Shown: positions 37,380 through 46,961, counted from the stretch's first letter. The stretch: 61,477 nucleotides of DNA from an uncultured Enterobacteriaceae bacterium (GCA_964639795.1 CAZXFE010000001.1:1-61477), one strand, 5' to 3'. Notes: generated from the sequence alone by a model not told the origin. Numbers and translations are program-made.

Positions 37380-37736
37380 ATGAAATGCGAGATATGCGGT
37401 GGAACCATTTCGGGGCATCCTGATCTTATCCATAGTGAGTGGGGACCCGTACCAGTTCACTTCGGCTGTAAAGATCTCTGGGCCCCGTCTATTGAAGCGA
37501 GGCAAGATCTGGTAGAGCTCACCATCGTAGCCCTGGGCAAGCGTTTCGCCGCTCCCTCTGAAGACCTGCGCACGCGCCTGGAGGAGCCAGCTGAATCGGC
37601 AAGTAACCTAGGACACGAAGAAGAAGCGCCGTGGATAGCAAATTACCTGAAGAACTCGCGGGTAGCCGATTCTCATATGCCCGGGGTTGAGCCATTAAAA
37701 GGAATCGAGGAGGTTATTCATCGAGGTTCGCAATGA
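37380..37736 (+). CDS. hypothetical protein (118 aa) with N-terminal CxxC
   Basis: Begins 12 nt after the previous ORF. MKCEICGG..HFGC. Confidence 0.4.
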   Translation: MKCEICGGTISGHPDLIHSEWGPVPVHFGCKDLWAPSIEARQDLVELTIVALGKRFAAPSEDLRTRLEEPAESASNLGHEEEAPWIANYLKNSRVADSHMPGVEPLKGIEEVIHRGSQ

Positions 37737-37776
37737 TCACCAGTAGGGATCGTAGTTTAGTCTTGACTCGTGAAAA

Positions 37777-37938
37777 ATGCTTCCAACGGTTGTCTACCTC
37801 CTTATAATAGTCGTCCTCGCGGCGTATAATCCACAAAAAGACTTCTTGGTTCTTTTCTTAGTTGCCGGCACACTTTGGTTCAGCGCATCCGGTCGTCATC
37901 ATGACGGTCCGATACGCACGTACGTACCTGGGGACTAG
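37777..37938 (+). CDS. small membrane ORF (53 aa)
   Basis: MLPTVVYLLIIVVLAAYNPQKDFLVLFLVAGTLWFSA.., two hydrophobic segments. Too short to appear in the ORF track. Confidence 0.3.
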   Translation: MLPTVVYLLIIVVLAAYNPQKDFLVLFLVAGTLWFSASGRHHDGPIRTYVPGD

Positions 37939-38074
37939 GAAATAGACATTAAGTATCTCAAAGCGGTAGTCGGACAACTTCGAGCGGAGCCGCTATCGAA
38001 ATCCAAATGAGGGATGACTACGATGTGCTGGGTTATCAGGAACTTACCGGCGCTAGGATCCCCAACGGAACCTT

Positions 38075-38722
38075 ATGAAAACACAAAGCGGGCTGGAGAA
38101 GGGACCGGATAACAAGCAACGCTGTTGGTGGTGTCTCGGCAGCGCTGACTACCTCACCTATCATGACAACGATTGGGGATATCCGGTAACAGATGACTTT
38201 AAACTCTTTGAGAAGTTGAGCCTGGAAGGTTTTCAGGCTGGCCTCAGTTGGCTTACCATTTTACGCAAGCGAGAAAATTTCCGGCAGGCGTTTGCGGACT
38301 TCGAATATCCTGTAATTGCGCGATACAGAAAGCAGCGCGTGGAGACACTGCTCAAGAACTCGGGGATTGTTAGACATCGTGGTAAAATAGAAGCAGTATT
38401 TCATAATGCCAAACAGGCATGTGAGCTCACGGACGAATATGGCTCGCTCGCGGCCTACATCTGGCAATTTGAACCCACCAAAAAAGCGCGTCCAAAACGG
38501 ATCGACCTGTCCACAGTGAGCAAATTGACCATGACCCCTGAATCGCACGCCCTATCACGTGACCTTAAAAAACGGGGATGGAAGTTTGTAGGACCAACCA
38601 CAATGTATGCCTTCATGCAAGCGATGGGATTAGTGAATGACCATCTGCATGGTTGTGTGATACGAGGACGGGTTGAACGCTCTAGGCGTGCCTTCTCTCC
38701 CCCGCCATCTCTCCCAACGTAG
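38075..38722 (+). CDS. tag: DNA-3-methyladenine glycosylase I
   Basis: 215 aa. CWWC.., YHDNDWGYPV, LSLEGFQAGLSWLTILRKRENFR, GLVNDHLHGC. Has about 25 extra C-terminal residues relative to E. coli Tag. Confidence 0.9.
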   Translation: MKTQSGLEKGPDNKQRCWWCLGSADYLTYHDNDWGYPVTDDFKLFEKLSLEGFQAGLSWLTILRKRENFRQAFADFEYPVIARYRKQRVETLLKNSGIVRHRGKIEAVFHNAKQACELTDEYGSLAAYIWQFEPTKKARPKRIDLSTVSKLTMTPESHALSRDLKKRGWKFVGPTTMYAFMQAMGLVNDHLHGCVIRGRVERSRRAFSPPPSLPT

Positions 38723-38852
38723 TCATTGAACATGCCGAATGTCCGAAACTCTCTGCAGCGTGTCTTCTTACTGCGGCGGCGCATGCCGGCAATGATGAGA
38801 GGGTTTGTCGAGATTACCACGCTTCAGCCGTGCCCGATTGCAGCCCCAAGAC
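38723..38852 (+). repeat. direct repeat copy 2 (about 130 bp)
   Basis: Starts at the nucleotide after the tag stop codon. Same orientation as copy 1. Confidence 0.85.
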
Positions 38853-39020
38853 GGGCGAGAACTCTACGGCCTCACAGAAGATAGATAGCAGAGGCCCATG
38901 AACACAGTCTCTTCTGACATATGCGGTATCGCTGCTGCGTCTTCTTCTCAAGTAACGCAACATCCTGAAATCCGGTTCAATTATTTCATCTCTGAGCGGG
39001 GCAGGGAAACCAAAAGGTAG

Positions 39021-39386
39021 GCCGTTGTCCGAGCCGCTGTTTTACCCGAACAGTCTGACGGCTCACGACGTCAGAACTATCAGGTTTGTGGGGAAACGGC
39101 CCTTATTCAGTCGGTGCTTGAGGACGCCATTAATTGCTTTCAAAAACATTTTAGCGCACCACAGTTCCGAGATTATCGCATCCCCAAAGAGGCAGATTAG
39201 TGGTTCTTCACCGATGACTATAAATGGCCGGTCTCATTTGTAAATATCTGCTCTGTGCTTAACATTGATCCTGAGTATATTCGGCAAGGGCTCAACAAGC
39301 AGAAAGCCGATATTCGGGTCGAAATCCCGCAACACGCACTGCATCTACTCATTATCGTCCGGCCTCGGTTGCAAGCCGCAGTGTAG
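39021..39386 (+). pseudogene. small conserved-hypothetical gene with an in-frame TAG and no start codon
   Basis: ..ALIQSVLEDAINCFQKHFSAPQFRDYRIPKEAD-TAG(39198-39200)-WFFTDDYKWPVSFVNICSVLNIDPEYIRQGL.. Confidence 0.45.
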
Positions 39387-39482
39387 ACTAGCTGTCCCCC
39401 TCCTGTTTGCACGAAGGGGCGGTCATGTAAGCCTGGCCCTTTTTTATGTCAACCCTGTACGTAAATACTAAACCAGTGCATA

Positions 39483-40028
39483 CTACGCAGCCTGCTGCGC
39501 TTTTTGGGTGAGCAGCATGCCAATGATCTGATCAATAACCTGATCAGCTAATGCCCGAACTTCGTCTTTGGTCTTGGGCTGAATAGGATGCTCGACCAAT
39601 ATGGGTTGGTATTGCGCCATTCCCAGGGCGGCACACTGCGCATTGGCCGCACCGATGAATTCCGTGGTCGTTACGTTTGCCGTAGGGATACCGTTTTCTT
39701 CAAAATAAATGACATCGTGCGAACTGCACGAGATGCAGGCCCCTCAATCGCTGAGGGCTTCGATCACCGCATCGCACTGCTCACGTAGTTCCACCCGGAT
39801 CGGCTCCGGTGCAGGTCGTGTAACCGTAGGTTTCATGCGCCGGAGCACCATCTTGACTCCGTACTGCTCGCGCAGGACTTCCTCTACACGGTCAAGAAAG
39901 AAAGAGCCCTTGGCTTTACTGATGTCAAGCAAGCCAATAGTAGTCCCAGCTAGACTATCCAGCCGGGGTGCAAAATATTTCTGGGAACGTTCGACCTTAT
40001 CGGTAGGATCGAGTAAGAACTCACCCAT
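39483..40028 (-). CDS. UGSC-like selenoprotein (181 codons, TGA at codon 95)
   Basis: Track ORF 39744..40028 ends ..CDAVIEALSD at TGA (39744-39746). The same frame continues GACISCSSHDVIYFEENGIPTANVTTTEF..EHPIQPKTKDEVRALADQVIDQIIGML to TAG at 39483. The motif is U-G-A-C. Confidence 0.75.
39715..39731 (-). other. SECIS-like hairpin downstream of the UGA
   Basis: U16-C-G-U-G-C / AGUUC loop / G-C-A-C-G-A32, counted from the U of UGA. The 6-bp stem places G23-U24 in the apical loop, as in the E. coli fdhF SECIS. Confidence 0.55.
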
Positions 40029-40042
40029 AGTATACCTCCTCT

Positions 40043-41149
40043 TTAAGTCTGAATCTCCTTGGTTGTAATACGGCTACCGGCATCAAAGCCGGCCCAGCCT
40101 TGCACCGCAGCGGAAAATCGACCTGCCGTGCCGCCGGCTACGATAATAACAATGTTTTCTGCTTTAGGAAACTTAGGAAATAAGGTGTCATCGGTTGGGG
40201 GTTCGCGGTCTTTCTTGGGCGTGCGTAGCATGCTTACCCCAACCCCTTCACCGCCGTTCACACCAGGACGCAGTTCCCGCAAGGGGCGGCGAATATTCTC
40301 ATACAGGAATTGTCGTAGGTCGTTCTTGGACCATCTGTCTTGAGCAAACGTTTTGGCATGTTCGGGACAGACCACGAGAACGGTATCGGAAAATAAAGGA
40401 TAATTTTTATGGTTCCACAGTGATCCCATGGACCAGCCCAGCGACAAAGCTAGCTGTTCCGCCGTGCGACTGGCGTGATCGTTAATTTGCATGGGAGAGT
40501 GGCCGCCGAACAGCGTAATCGTACTTTGATCAGGTTGATAGCCATTCTCGACATGGAGCGGCTCCCATGGACTGTCTTCTTCATTTTCACCCACGCAGAA
40601 CGTGTACTGGGCGGGGTGGCCCAGGGTGGCTTTGGTAATCTCGTTCGGCTTGGCCCCCCCAATATTAATAATAATGAGCCGGAGCGCACGACCAATCGTC
40701 GCATTAGCACGAAAACCGTGACCCAAGGCGTTATGGCCACCATTCACGCCAATGGCATTCCGAATCGGCCCATTGATAATGGCCATGGGCGTGGCAGAGA
40801 AGGTAGTTACGTTGATCCCATGAATGCAGAACTGCTCTTCACACATGGCTTCCACACCGGCCAACACGACTGGGAGGTAAGACGGGTGGCAACCGGCCAT
40901 GACCGCGTTAATGGCAATCTTCTCCACTGTCGCTCGACCATAGTTTGGCCCGATTTCTCCAACTATCTCTTGCGGATCACGAGGAGTTGCCGCCAACATA
41001 CGCGTAACGCGATCTTCGGTCGGCGGCACAACGGGCAAACCATCAGTGACACCGCGTTCGTACAGGAGCTCAACCGGGTCGTCTTGGGCTTGTATGCGCT
41101 GGGAGTGCAATTCAGCGATTTCTGGCATAAGAATTCTCCATATAGCCAA
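40043..41149 (-). CDS. conserved uncharacterised protein (368 aa)
   Basis: Lies 14 nt upstream of the selenoprotein gene and 3 nt downstream of the cyclase gene. Contains GVTDGLPVVPPTEDRV, INAVMAGC, RANATIGRALRL. No family name recalled. Confidence 0.7.
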   Translation of the reverse strand: MAIWRILMPEIAELHSQRIQAQDDPVELLYERGVTDGLPVVPPTEDRVTRMLAATPRDPQEIVGEIGPNYGRATVEKIAINAVMAGCHPSYLPVVLAGVEAMCEEQFCIHGINVTTFSATPMAIINGPIRNAIGVNGGHNALGHGFRANATIGRALRLIIINIGGAKPNEITKATLGHPAQYTFCVGENEEDSPWEPLHVENGYQPDQSTITLFGGHSPMQINDHASRTAEQLALSLGWSMGSLWNHKNYPLFSDTVLVVCPEHAKTFAQDRWSKNDLRQFLYENIRRPLRELRPGVNGGEGVGVSMLRTPKKDREPPTDDTLFPKFPKAENIVIIVAGGTAGRFSAAVQGWAGFDAGSRITTKEIQT

Positions 41150-41152
41150 GTG

Positions 41153-42106
41153 CTATTTAATCGCCTGTGGATTAATCGGTGAGCCAACGGCACCGGTTAT
41201 GGGCAACGGCGGGGCAACAAACATGAACTCGTATACTCTGTCATTGGCACAGTCATCAGCCAGCCCTTCAAGATCAAATATCTCGCCGACCAGCATGCCA
41301 GCATGCACAATCAAAATCATATGCAGAGGCTGAAAGATGTCCGGCGTTTCGTTGGGAATGACTTCCGTACCCCAGGTGTCGGTGGCATAGCCGGCAATTT
41401 CTTTTTCACAGATCCAGGTTGCGCAGTCGACGCCCAACCCAGGCGCTGAACCGCCACTGTATTCGCCCCAGCTAGCTTCTGCCCGTACTTGGCCGATTTG
41501 ACCAGTCCGAATCATCACGATATCGCCAGTACCAATGCTGACTTTACCCATGTCAGCTGCACCATCAAGGTCGGCAGGATAAATAGCCTCGCCCGGCTCT
41601 AGCCACTGCTTGCCTTTAAAACGCGGGATATCCAGTAGTACACCCCGTGAGACGATCTTGTCTGTCGCGTTCTCCATGCCGTTTTTCTTCGCGCCCGTAC
41701 TATTCACCTCACTAGCCGGATAGCCGTTGTACATTTGGCCTTGGTACATGATGTGAGCCAGAGCGTCCCACTGGGTTGCACACTGGAGCGGCATGGTCAC
41801 AGCGTCATCGGTATACTGAATAGTTGGCAAATGATCCTGCGCACCGATACTGATGTCGCCTCCGTCTTGGAGCATGAAGTGGATGGGGTTAAAGCGTCCA
41901 AAAGACCCCGTCTGGGGGCCTTTATCGTCAAATGGGATTGCCAGAGAAATCACTTTGCCTTGTTTGACGAGCTTAGAAGCTTCAATAATCTTTTGTGGCG
42001 TAACGTAATTGAGCGTCCCTAGTTGATCGTCGTCGCCCCACCTACCCCAGTTTTTATACTTCTCAGCGAGAGCCTTTACATCATCCATTGAGTAGTGTTT
42101 TGCCAT
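41153..42106 (-). CDS. cyclase-family protein (kynurenine formamidase-like fold)
   Basis: 317 aa. WGRWGDDDQLGTLN, QWDALAHI, GGSAPGLG, as in the putative cyclase family (PF04199-like). Confidence 0.75.
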   Translation of the reverse strand: MAKHYSMDDVKALAEKYKNWGRWGDDDQLGTLNYVTPQKIIEASKLVKQGKVISLAIPFDDKGPQTGSFGRFNPIHFMLQDGGDISIGAQDHLPTIQYTDDAVTMPLQCATQWDALAHIMYQGQMYNGYPASEVNSTGAKKNGMENATDKIVSRGVLLDIPRFKGKQWLEPGEAIYPADLDGAADMGKVSIGTGDIVMIRTGQIGQVRAEASWGEYSGGSAPGLGVDCATWICEKEIAGYATDTWGTEVIPNETPDIFQPLHMILIVHAGMLVGEIFDLEGLADDCANDRVYEFMFVAPPLPITGAVGSPINPQAIK

Positions 42107-42169
42107 GATCGTTCTCCTCCCGACTTTTGTGTTTCATATCTCTCAGTAACCCGTCAACAGGTTGGCGCA

Positions 42170-43168
42170 TTATGTACCAAGACGAAGACCAAGCACGATA
42201 TTTCGGCCTTTCAGGAACTCTGAAATGGGGAGGGGCTTCTTGCCTTCAAGCTGAACCGTGTGAACATTGAGACAGCCCTTTCCGCTCACACCGGTTGCAA
42301 TAGAGAGGTGGACTGCCGCGATACCGATTACCGAACCAGAGGCGGTTGAGACAGGTGGAACGAAAACATTTTCCTTGTCAACACAAGCACCAAGGATTTT
42401 AAGCCGCTTACCCGCGAGGTAGGTATAAGCAGACGGCCAGGGATGGAACGCCCGGATGCGTTGTTCTATGCTCACCGCATCCTGCGTCCAATCGATCTGC
42501 CCATCTTCCTTTTTGAGCATAGGCGCGTAGGTGGCGGTTTCTTCTTTTTGGGGAGACGCAAAAAGCTTCCCTTGCTTAAAGAGCGCCAATGCCTCTACAA
42601 GCGCCTGCGCCCCAAGAATAGCAAGAGTATCGTGCAGACTCCCTCCAGTTTCATTATCTGCTAACTCAACCTGCGTCTGGAGCAGAATATCACCTGCATC
42701 CATTTGCTCACTAATTTTCATGATTGTGACACCGGAATGTGTTTCTCCTCGGGCGATTGCCCACTGAATAGGAGCAGCGCCCCGATACTTGGGGAGGAGG
42801 GAAGCGTGCACGTTGATGCAACCGTATGACGGCAGATCGAGAATCGGACGCGCGAGGATCCTTCCGTACGCAGCGACAACAATGAGGTCTGGTTGCCAGT
42901 CTCGGAGGTGAGCTAGCGTCTCGGCGGTGTGTATCTTTTGCGGCTGAAAAACGGGCACCGAATGTGCAGACGCAAATTTCTTGACGGGAGGGGCATGGAG
43001 GATCATACGACGGCCAGACGGCTTGTCGGGCTGCGCGACGACGCCAACAACCTCATCCTCACTATCCAGGAGAGCCCGGAGCGAGGGCACCGCAAAATCC
43101 GGCGTACCCATGAAAACGAGCCGGAGTGGTCGGGACAACTCTGGAGGCGAAATAAACATTGTCATCAC
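42170..43168 (-). CDS. fmt: methionyl-tRNA formyltransferase
   Basis: LRLVFMGTPDFAVPSL, VVAQPDKPSGR, INVHASLLPKYRGAAPI. The exact start is uncertain. Confidence 0.9.
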   Translation of the reverse strand: MMTMFISPPELSRPLRLVFMGTPDFAVPSLRALLDSEDEVVGVVAQPDKPSGRRMILHAPPVKKFASAHSVPVFQPQKIHTAETLAHLRDWQPDLIVVAAYGRILARPILDLPSYGCINVHASLLPKYRGAAPIQWAIARGETHSGVTIMKISEQMDAGDILLQTQVELADNETGGSLHDTLAILGAQALVEALALFKQGKLFASPQKEETATYAPMLKKEDGQIDWTQDAVSIEQRIRAFHPWPSAYTYLAGKRLKILGACVDKENVFVPPVSTASGSVIGIAAVHLSIATGVSGKGCLNVHTVQLEGKKPLPISEFLKGRNIVLGLRLGT

Positions 43169-43238
43169 AGGAACACTGCAGACTCTGGCAAGTGTCGAGA
43201 GTCCTGCGTCAAAACAGAACGGAACAAAACACGCGCCC

Positions 43239-43778
43239 TCAGATCCCCGGAGATTCTTTACTGCGTTCGAGTGGCCGGCCTTCTCGAATAAGTTTTTTTA
43301 CCCGGCGCGCGTAGAGTTCACGTTTGAGCCGACTAATCCGGTCAATGAACAACTTTCCGGTAAGGTGATCGAGTTCGTGTTGGAGGCACACGGCAAGTAA
43401 TTTCTCAGCCTGGAACGTAATCTCTTCTTGATCCAGCGTCCAGGCCGTGACCTCAACTTTGGCAGCGCGTTTAACTTCAGCGGTATAATCCACCACACTC
43501 AAACAGCCTTCTTCCCATACAATGGAGCCCTCACTCGTGGTGATTCTCGGGTTGATGAGTTTGAGCAGCTCTTTCCCCTTTTCGTCAGGATGCGCATCAA
43601 TGACAATGATGCGGTCTTGTGAACCGACCTGGGTCGCGGCCAACCCGATACCTGGGGCTGCATACATGGTTTGGACCATATCCTCGACCAACTCAGCCAG
43701 GCTGCCGTCCATATTGGCCACTTCTGTTGCCGGCTTCTTGAGACGTGGGTCCGGATAGGTCAAGATCTCTCGAATCAT
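43239..43778 (-). CDS. def: peptide deformylase
   Basis: 179 aa. GIGLAATQVG, EGCLS, HELDHL. Confidence 0.95.
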   Translation of the reverse strand: MIREILTYPDPRLKKPATEVANMDGSLAELVEDMVQTMYAAPGIGLAATQVGSQDRIIVIDAHPDEKGKELLKLINPRITTSEGSIVWEEGCLSVVDYTAEVKRAAKVEVTAWTLDQEEITFQAEKLLAVCLQHELDHLTGKLFIDRISRLKRELYARRVKKLIREGRPLERSKESPGI

Positions 43779-43787
43779 GTTGCCCTT

Positions 43788-46178
43788 CTATACCACGCTG
43801 TACGGATCCACATCAATGATTGTTCGCACCCCTCGGGGGGGGTTGGCCTGATCAAAGGCGTCACGTGCTTTTTTGACCAGGGAGTGCAACATCGGACGAT
43901 TGGGACCCTTGACCAGCAATTGCCAACGCTCACGTCCCTTGATGCGTTCGATGGGAGCGGGAGCAGGACCCAATATCTCCAAGCTTGATGGATCTGTTGA
44001 GACGAATTCAGCAGACTGCAGTATGTCTTCGAGTTGCTGGGCGAACAGGGTTGCACTCGCCTCGACCTGCTGTCCGTCTCGTCCTTCAAAACGCATATTG
44101 ATCATCCGCGTGAAAGGCGGATAGCCAAGACGTTTGCGATAGCGCAATTCCTGAGCGGCGAATCGAGTGAAGTCATGTTGGGAAGCACACCGAATACTGT
44201 AATGCCTCGGCGCGTACGTCTGGATGATGACTCTCCCGATGTCCTCACCCCGTCCCGCTCTTCCAGCCACTTGGGTGAGCAGTTGAAAGGTGCGTTCTGC
44301 AGCGCGAAAATCCGGTCGATTGAGCGTGACGTCAGCGAGGATCACCCCGACGAGGGTGACTCCGGGAACGTCATGTCCCTTAGCGACCATTTGGGTTCCA
44401 ATCAATACATCGAACTCATGCCCACGCCAGGCGCGTAAAATTCGATCAAGCGTCCCCCGGCGCTTTACGGTGTCCCGATCAAGCCGAGCAATCCGGACTT
44501 CTGGTAGAAAATTCTTGAGTGCATCTTCAACCTGCTCTGTTCCTATCCCACTCCCAGCCAGGCTAGGCTCGTGGCAAGCAGGGCACTCATCCATGCTCCG
44601 TCTGGTAAAACCGCAATAGTGGCAGCACAGCGCTCTCCGCTGCAGGTGAAAGGTCAGGGTCACACTGCAATGCGGACATGAGAGAGCCTCACCGCACAGG
44701 CGGCATTGAAGATAATTCGCATATCCACGCCGATTGAGAAATAGGACGCTTTGCTTTCCAGCCTGATGGTTGGCAATGAGCGCGTTTTTTAAGCGTATTG
44801 AAAAGATAGGAGCCGCGTGCCCGGACCTGGCCTCATTTCGGAGGTCGATGATCTCAACTTTTGGTAAGGGGCGCGATGCAACACGCTCAGGAAGAGTCAA
44901 GGCAGTGTATTGCTGTGTTTGACTGTGTGTATAGCTCTCAAGCGATGGAGTCGCAGAACCCAAAATTACAGGACAAGATGAGATTTTACTGCGTAGAACC
45001 GCAATATCTCTTGCATTATAGCGAACTCCATCTTCCTGCTTATAGGCTGTTTCATGCTCTTCATCCACGACAATCAGTCCAAGATCAGTCAGAGGGGCAA
45101 AAACAGCCGAACGCGCACCAACAACAACCGACACCTCTCCACGGGCAATACGTTTCCACTCGATCCAACGTATTTTATCCGTCATTGCGCTATGAAGCAC
45201 AGCAACCCTACTGCCAAAACATTTTTGGACCTGAGTAACGAGTTGTTGCGTGAGTGCAATCTCTGGGACAAGGATAAGCGCGCTTTTCTTTTGCCTTACT
45301 GCTTGCCTTGTCGCCCTCAGATAAACTTCGGTTTTCCCACTGCCGGTAACTCCATACAGAAGAAAAACTCGAAATTCGCTTTTTTTTAGCGAATTTTCTA
45401 TCTCACGGTACGCATTTCGCTGGGCATCAGTCAAAGCGAGAGCCTCCCATTGAGCCCCTTCTGCCTTCTCTTCTGGAATATCCCCACCCTTTTCAACTAG
45501 TCTGCTCTCCGCTTCCCCAGATCCACTGATAGTCCGAGGTCGGGAGTACGACTCCGTGACCCGTATAAGTTTAAGCATCTCAAGATGCTCGAGCTGCTCT
45601 CTCAAAACACGCTGAGGAAAGCGGCGCCGTAGAGTTTTAACAGCCACCCGCTTCTTCTCTTTTATGTAGGAGAGCAAGTCTCTCTCATCGCCACTGAGGC
45701 CGTCAACCAGAGCGTTTTCTTTCTCCTGATCATCATCAGCGCTTCGTTCTCCTCCAGATACAAGTGTCCTCTTCTTCCTGTTTTTCCTCTTTTTAGCCGG
45801 TGTCACGAATACTGCACTCTCATTACGTGCTGTACGAGGCAGTATCGTCTGGAGAGTAGCTCCCGGCGAAGAAAAATAATATTCTGATATCCATTCCCAA
45901 AGATGTCTCATGTATTGAGTGAAAATAGGAACTTCGTCTATAATATCGAGAATGTCCTTTACTTTTTTTTGATCGACATTTCCTGAGTGAGAACTGAGTC
46001 CAACAATTATTCCCGTTATTTTCCGGCTACTTACAGGAACGACAACGCGAACCCCCTCCTGGGCACGCGAAATCAGGAGCGCTGGAACACGATAAACTAA
46101 TTCACTATTCCTGCCGATAGGAAGTGTGAGGGCGACAGAAGCGAAGCAAGGATTCGTGAAACATTCCGTGTTAAACAT
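43788..46178 (-). CDS. priA: primosomal protein N' (replication restart helicase)
   Basis: 796 aa. [15 protein letters not shown], and a Cys-rich zinc-binding insert (CRLCGEALSCPHCS..CHYCG..CPAC). Confidence 0.95.
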   Translation of the reverse strand: MFNTECFTNPCFASVALTLPIGRNSELVYRVPALLISRAQEGVRVVVPVSSRKITGIIVGLSSHSGNVDQKKVKDILDIIDEVPIFTQYMRHLWEWISEYYFSSPGATLQTILPRTARNESAVFVTPAKKRKNRKKRTLVSGGERSADDDQEKENALVDGLSGDERDLLSYIKEKKRVAVKTLRRRFPQRVLREQLEHLEMLKLIRVTESYSRPRTISGSGEAESRLVEKGGDIPEEKAEGAQWEALALTDAQRNAYREIENSLKKSEFRVFLLYGVTGSGKTEVYLRATRQAVRQKKSALILVPEIALTQQLVTQVQKCFGSRVAVLHSAMTDKIRWIEWKRIARGEVSVVVGARSAVFAPLTDLGLIVVDEEHETAYKQEDGVRYNARDIAVLRSKISSCPVILGSATPSLESYTHSQTQQYTALTLPERVASRPLPKVEIIDLRNEARSGHAAPIFSIRLKNALIANHQAGKQSVLFLNRRGYANYLQCRLCGEALSCPHCSVTLTFHLQRRALCCHYCGFTRRSMDECPACHEPSLAGSGIGTEQVEDALKNFLPEVRIARLDRDTVKRRGTLDRILRAWRGHEFDVLIGTQMVAKGHDVPGVTLVGVILADVTLNRPDFRAAERTFQLLTQVAGRAGRGEDIGRVIIQTYAPRHYSIRCASQHDFTRFAAQELRYRKRLGYPPFTRMINMRFEGRDGQQVEASATLFAQQLEDILQSAEFVSTDPSSLEILGPAPAPIERIKGRERWQLLVKGPNRPMLHSLVKKARDAFDQANPPRGVRTIIDVDPYSVV

Positions 46179-46478
46179 TTGACAAACTAGTTTTTATATT
46201 GCATAGTAAGTGCTCGGAATACCTTGTTGTTAGGCCTGCTATGCTACCCATAAGAAAAATCACCAAAAACTTATTGAAGCCTACTTCTACTATTCTCCCA
46301 TTCGGAGGCGAAAAGGAGAAAACGACCCCACCGTCCAAGTTGAACGGTCCCTCATCGAAGCATCGATCCCAACATATGTCCAGCAACCGAGGAAAGATGC
46401 GGCTGAAACAGGGACAAAGCGGAGGAGCTAAAGGGCCGCTGCAATAGAGCAAGAAGTTCGCTTAAGGAAACAGGTTTC

Positions 46479-46961
46479 ATGTTTGATCGCATTCTTGACA
46501 TGACAGTAGGGCGAAGGCGTCTCCTTTATGGGGGATACTGCGCGTATACACAAGAATATGCACAAGAAGCAGAAAATGAGCCAGTTTTCTATACTGCTGC
46601 AGAAAAGCGTGACCCATTCCTATCTGCGTTTTACACTGCTCAAAAACAAGTGGTCGTAAGGGAAGCAAAAACGCCGCTCCAACTCTTTGACCTCAGCCAG
46701 CTCAAGGTTGTTGGAATTATATCGGAAACCTGCCAGCCAAAGGCATTAATTGAGGACAGTAGCGGACTCGACTACATCGTAGAAGCCGGAACGCTCATCG
46801 GTTCCAACGGTGGTGGCATCAAGTTAGTTGAAGCAAGACGGATCGTCGCCGAAGAGTTCGAGACAGACTTTTACGACAAACGAGAGGTTAAGCAGCGAGA
46901 GCTTGACCTCATGATTGTGAACTCAACCCCCAATGGTGGTGGGACGAACGGAAAGAAATAA
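46479..46961 (+). CDS. pilP: PilP-like pilus assembly protein (no signal peptide seen)
   Basis: 160 aa. EKRDPF.., LQLFDLSQLKVVGII..PKALIEDSSGLDYIVEAGTLIG. Immediately upstream of pilQ. Confidence 0.55.
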   Translation: MFDRILDMTVGRRRLLYGGYCAYTQEYAQEAENEPVFYTAAEKRDPFLSAFYTAQKQVVVREAKTPLQLFDLSQLKVVGIISETCQPKALIEDSSGLDYIVEAGTLIGSNGGGIKLVEARRIVAEEFETDFYDKREVKQRELDLMIVNSTPNGGGTNGKK

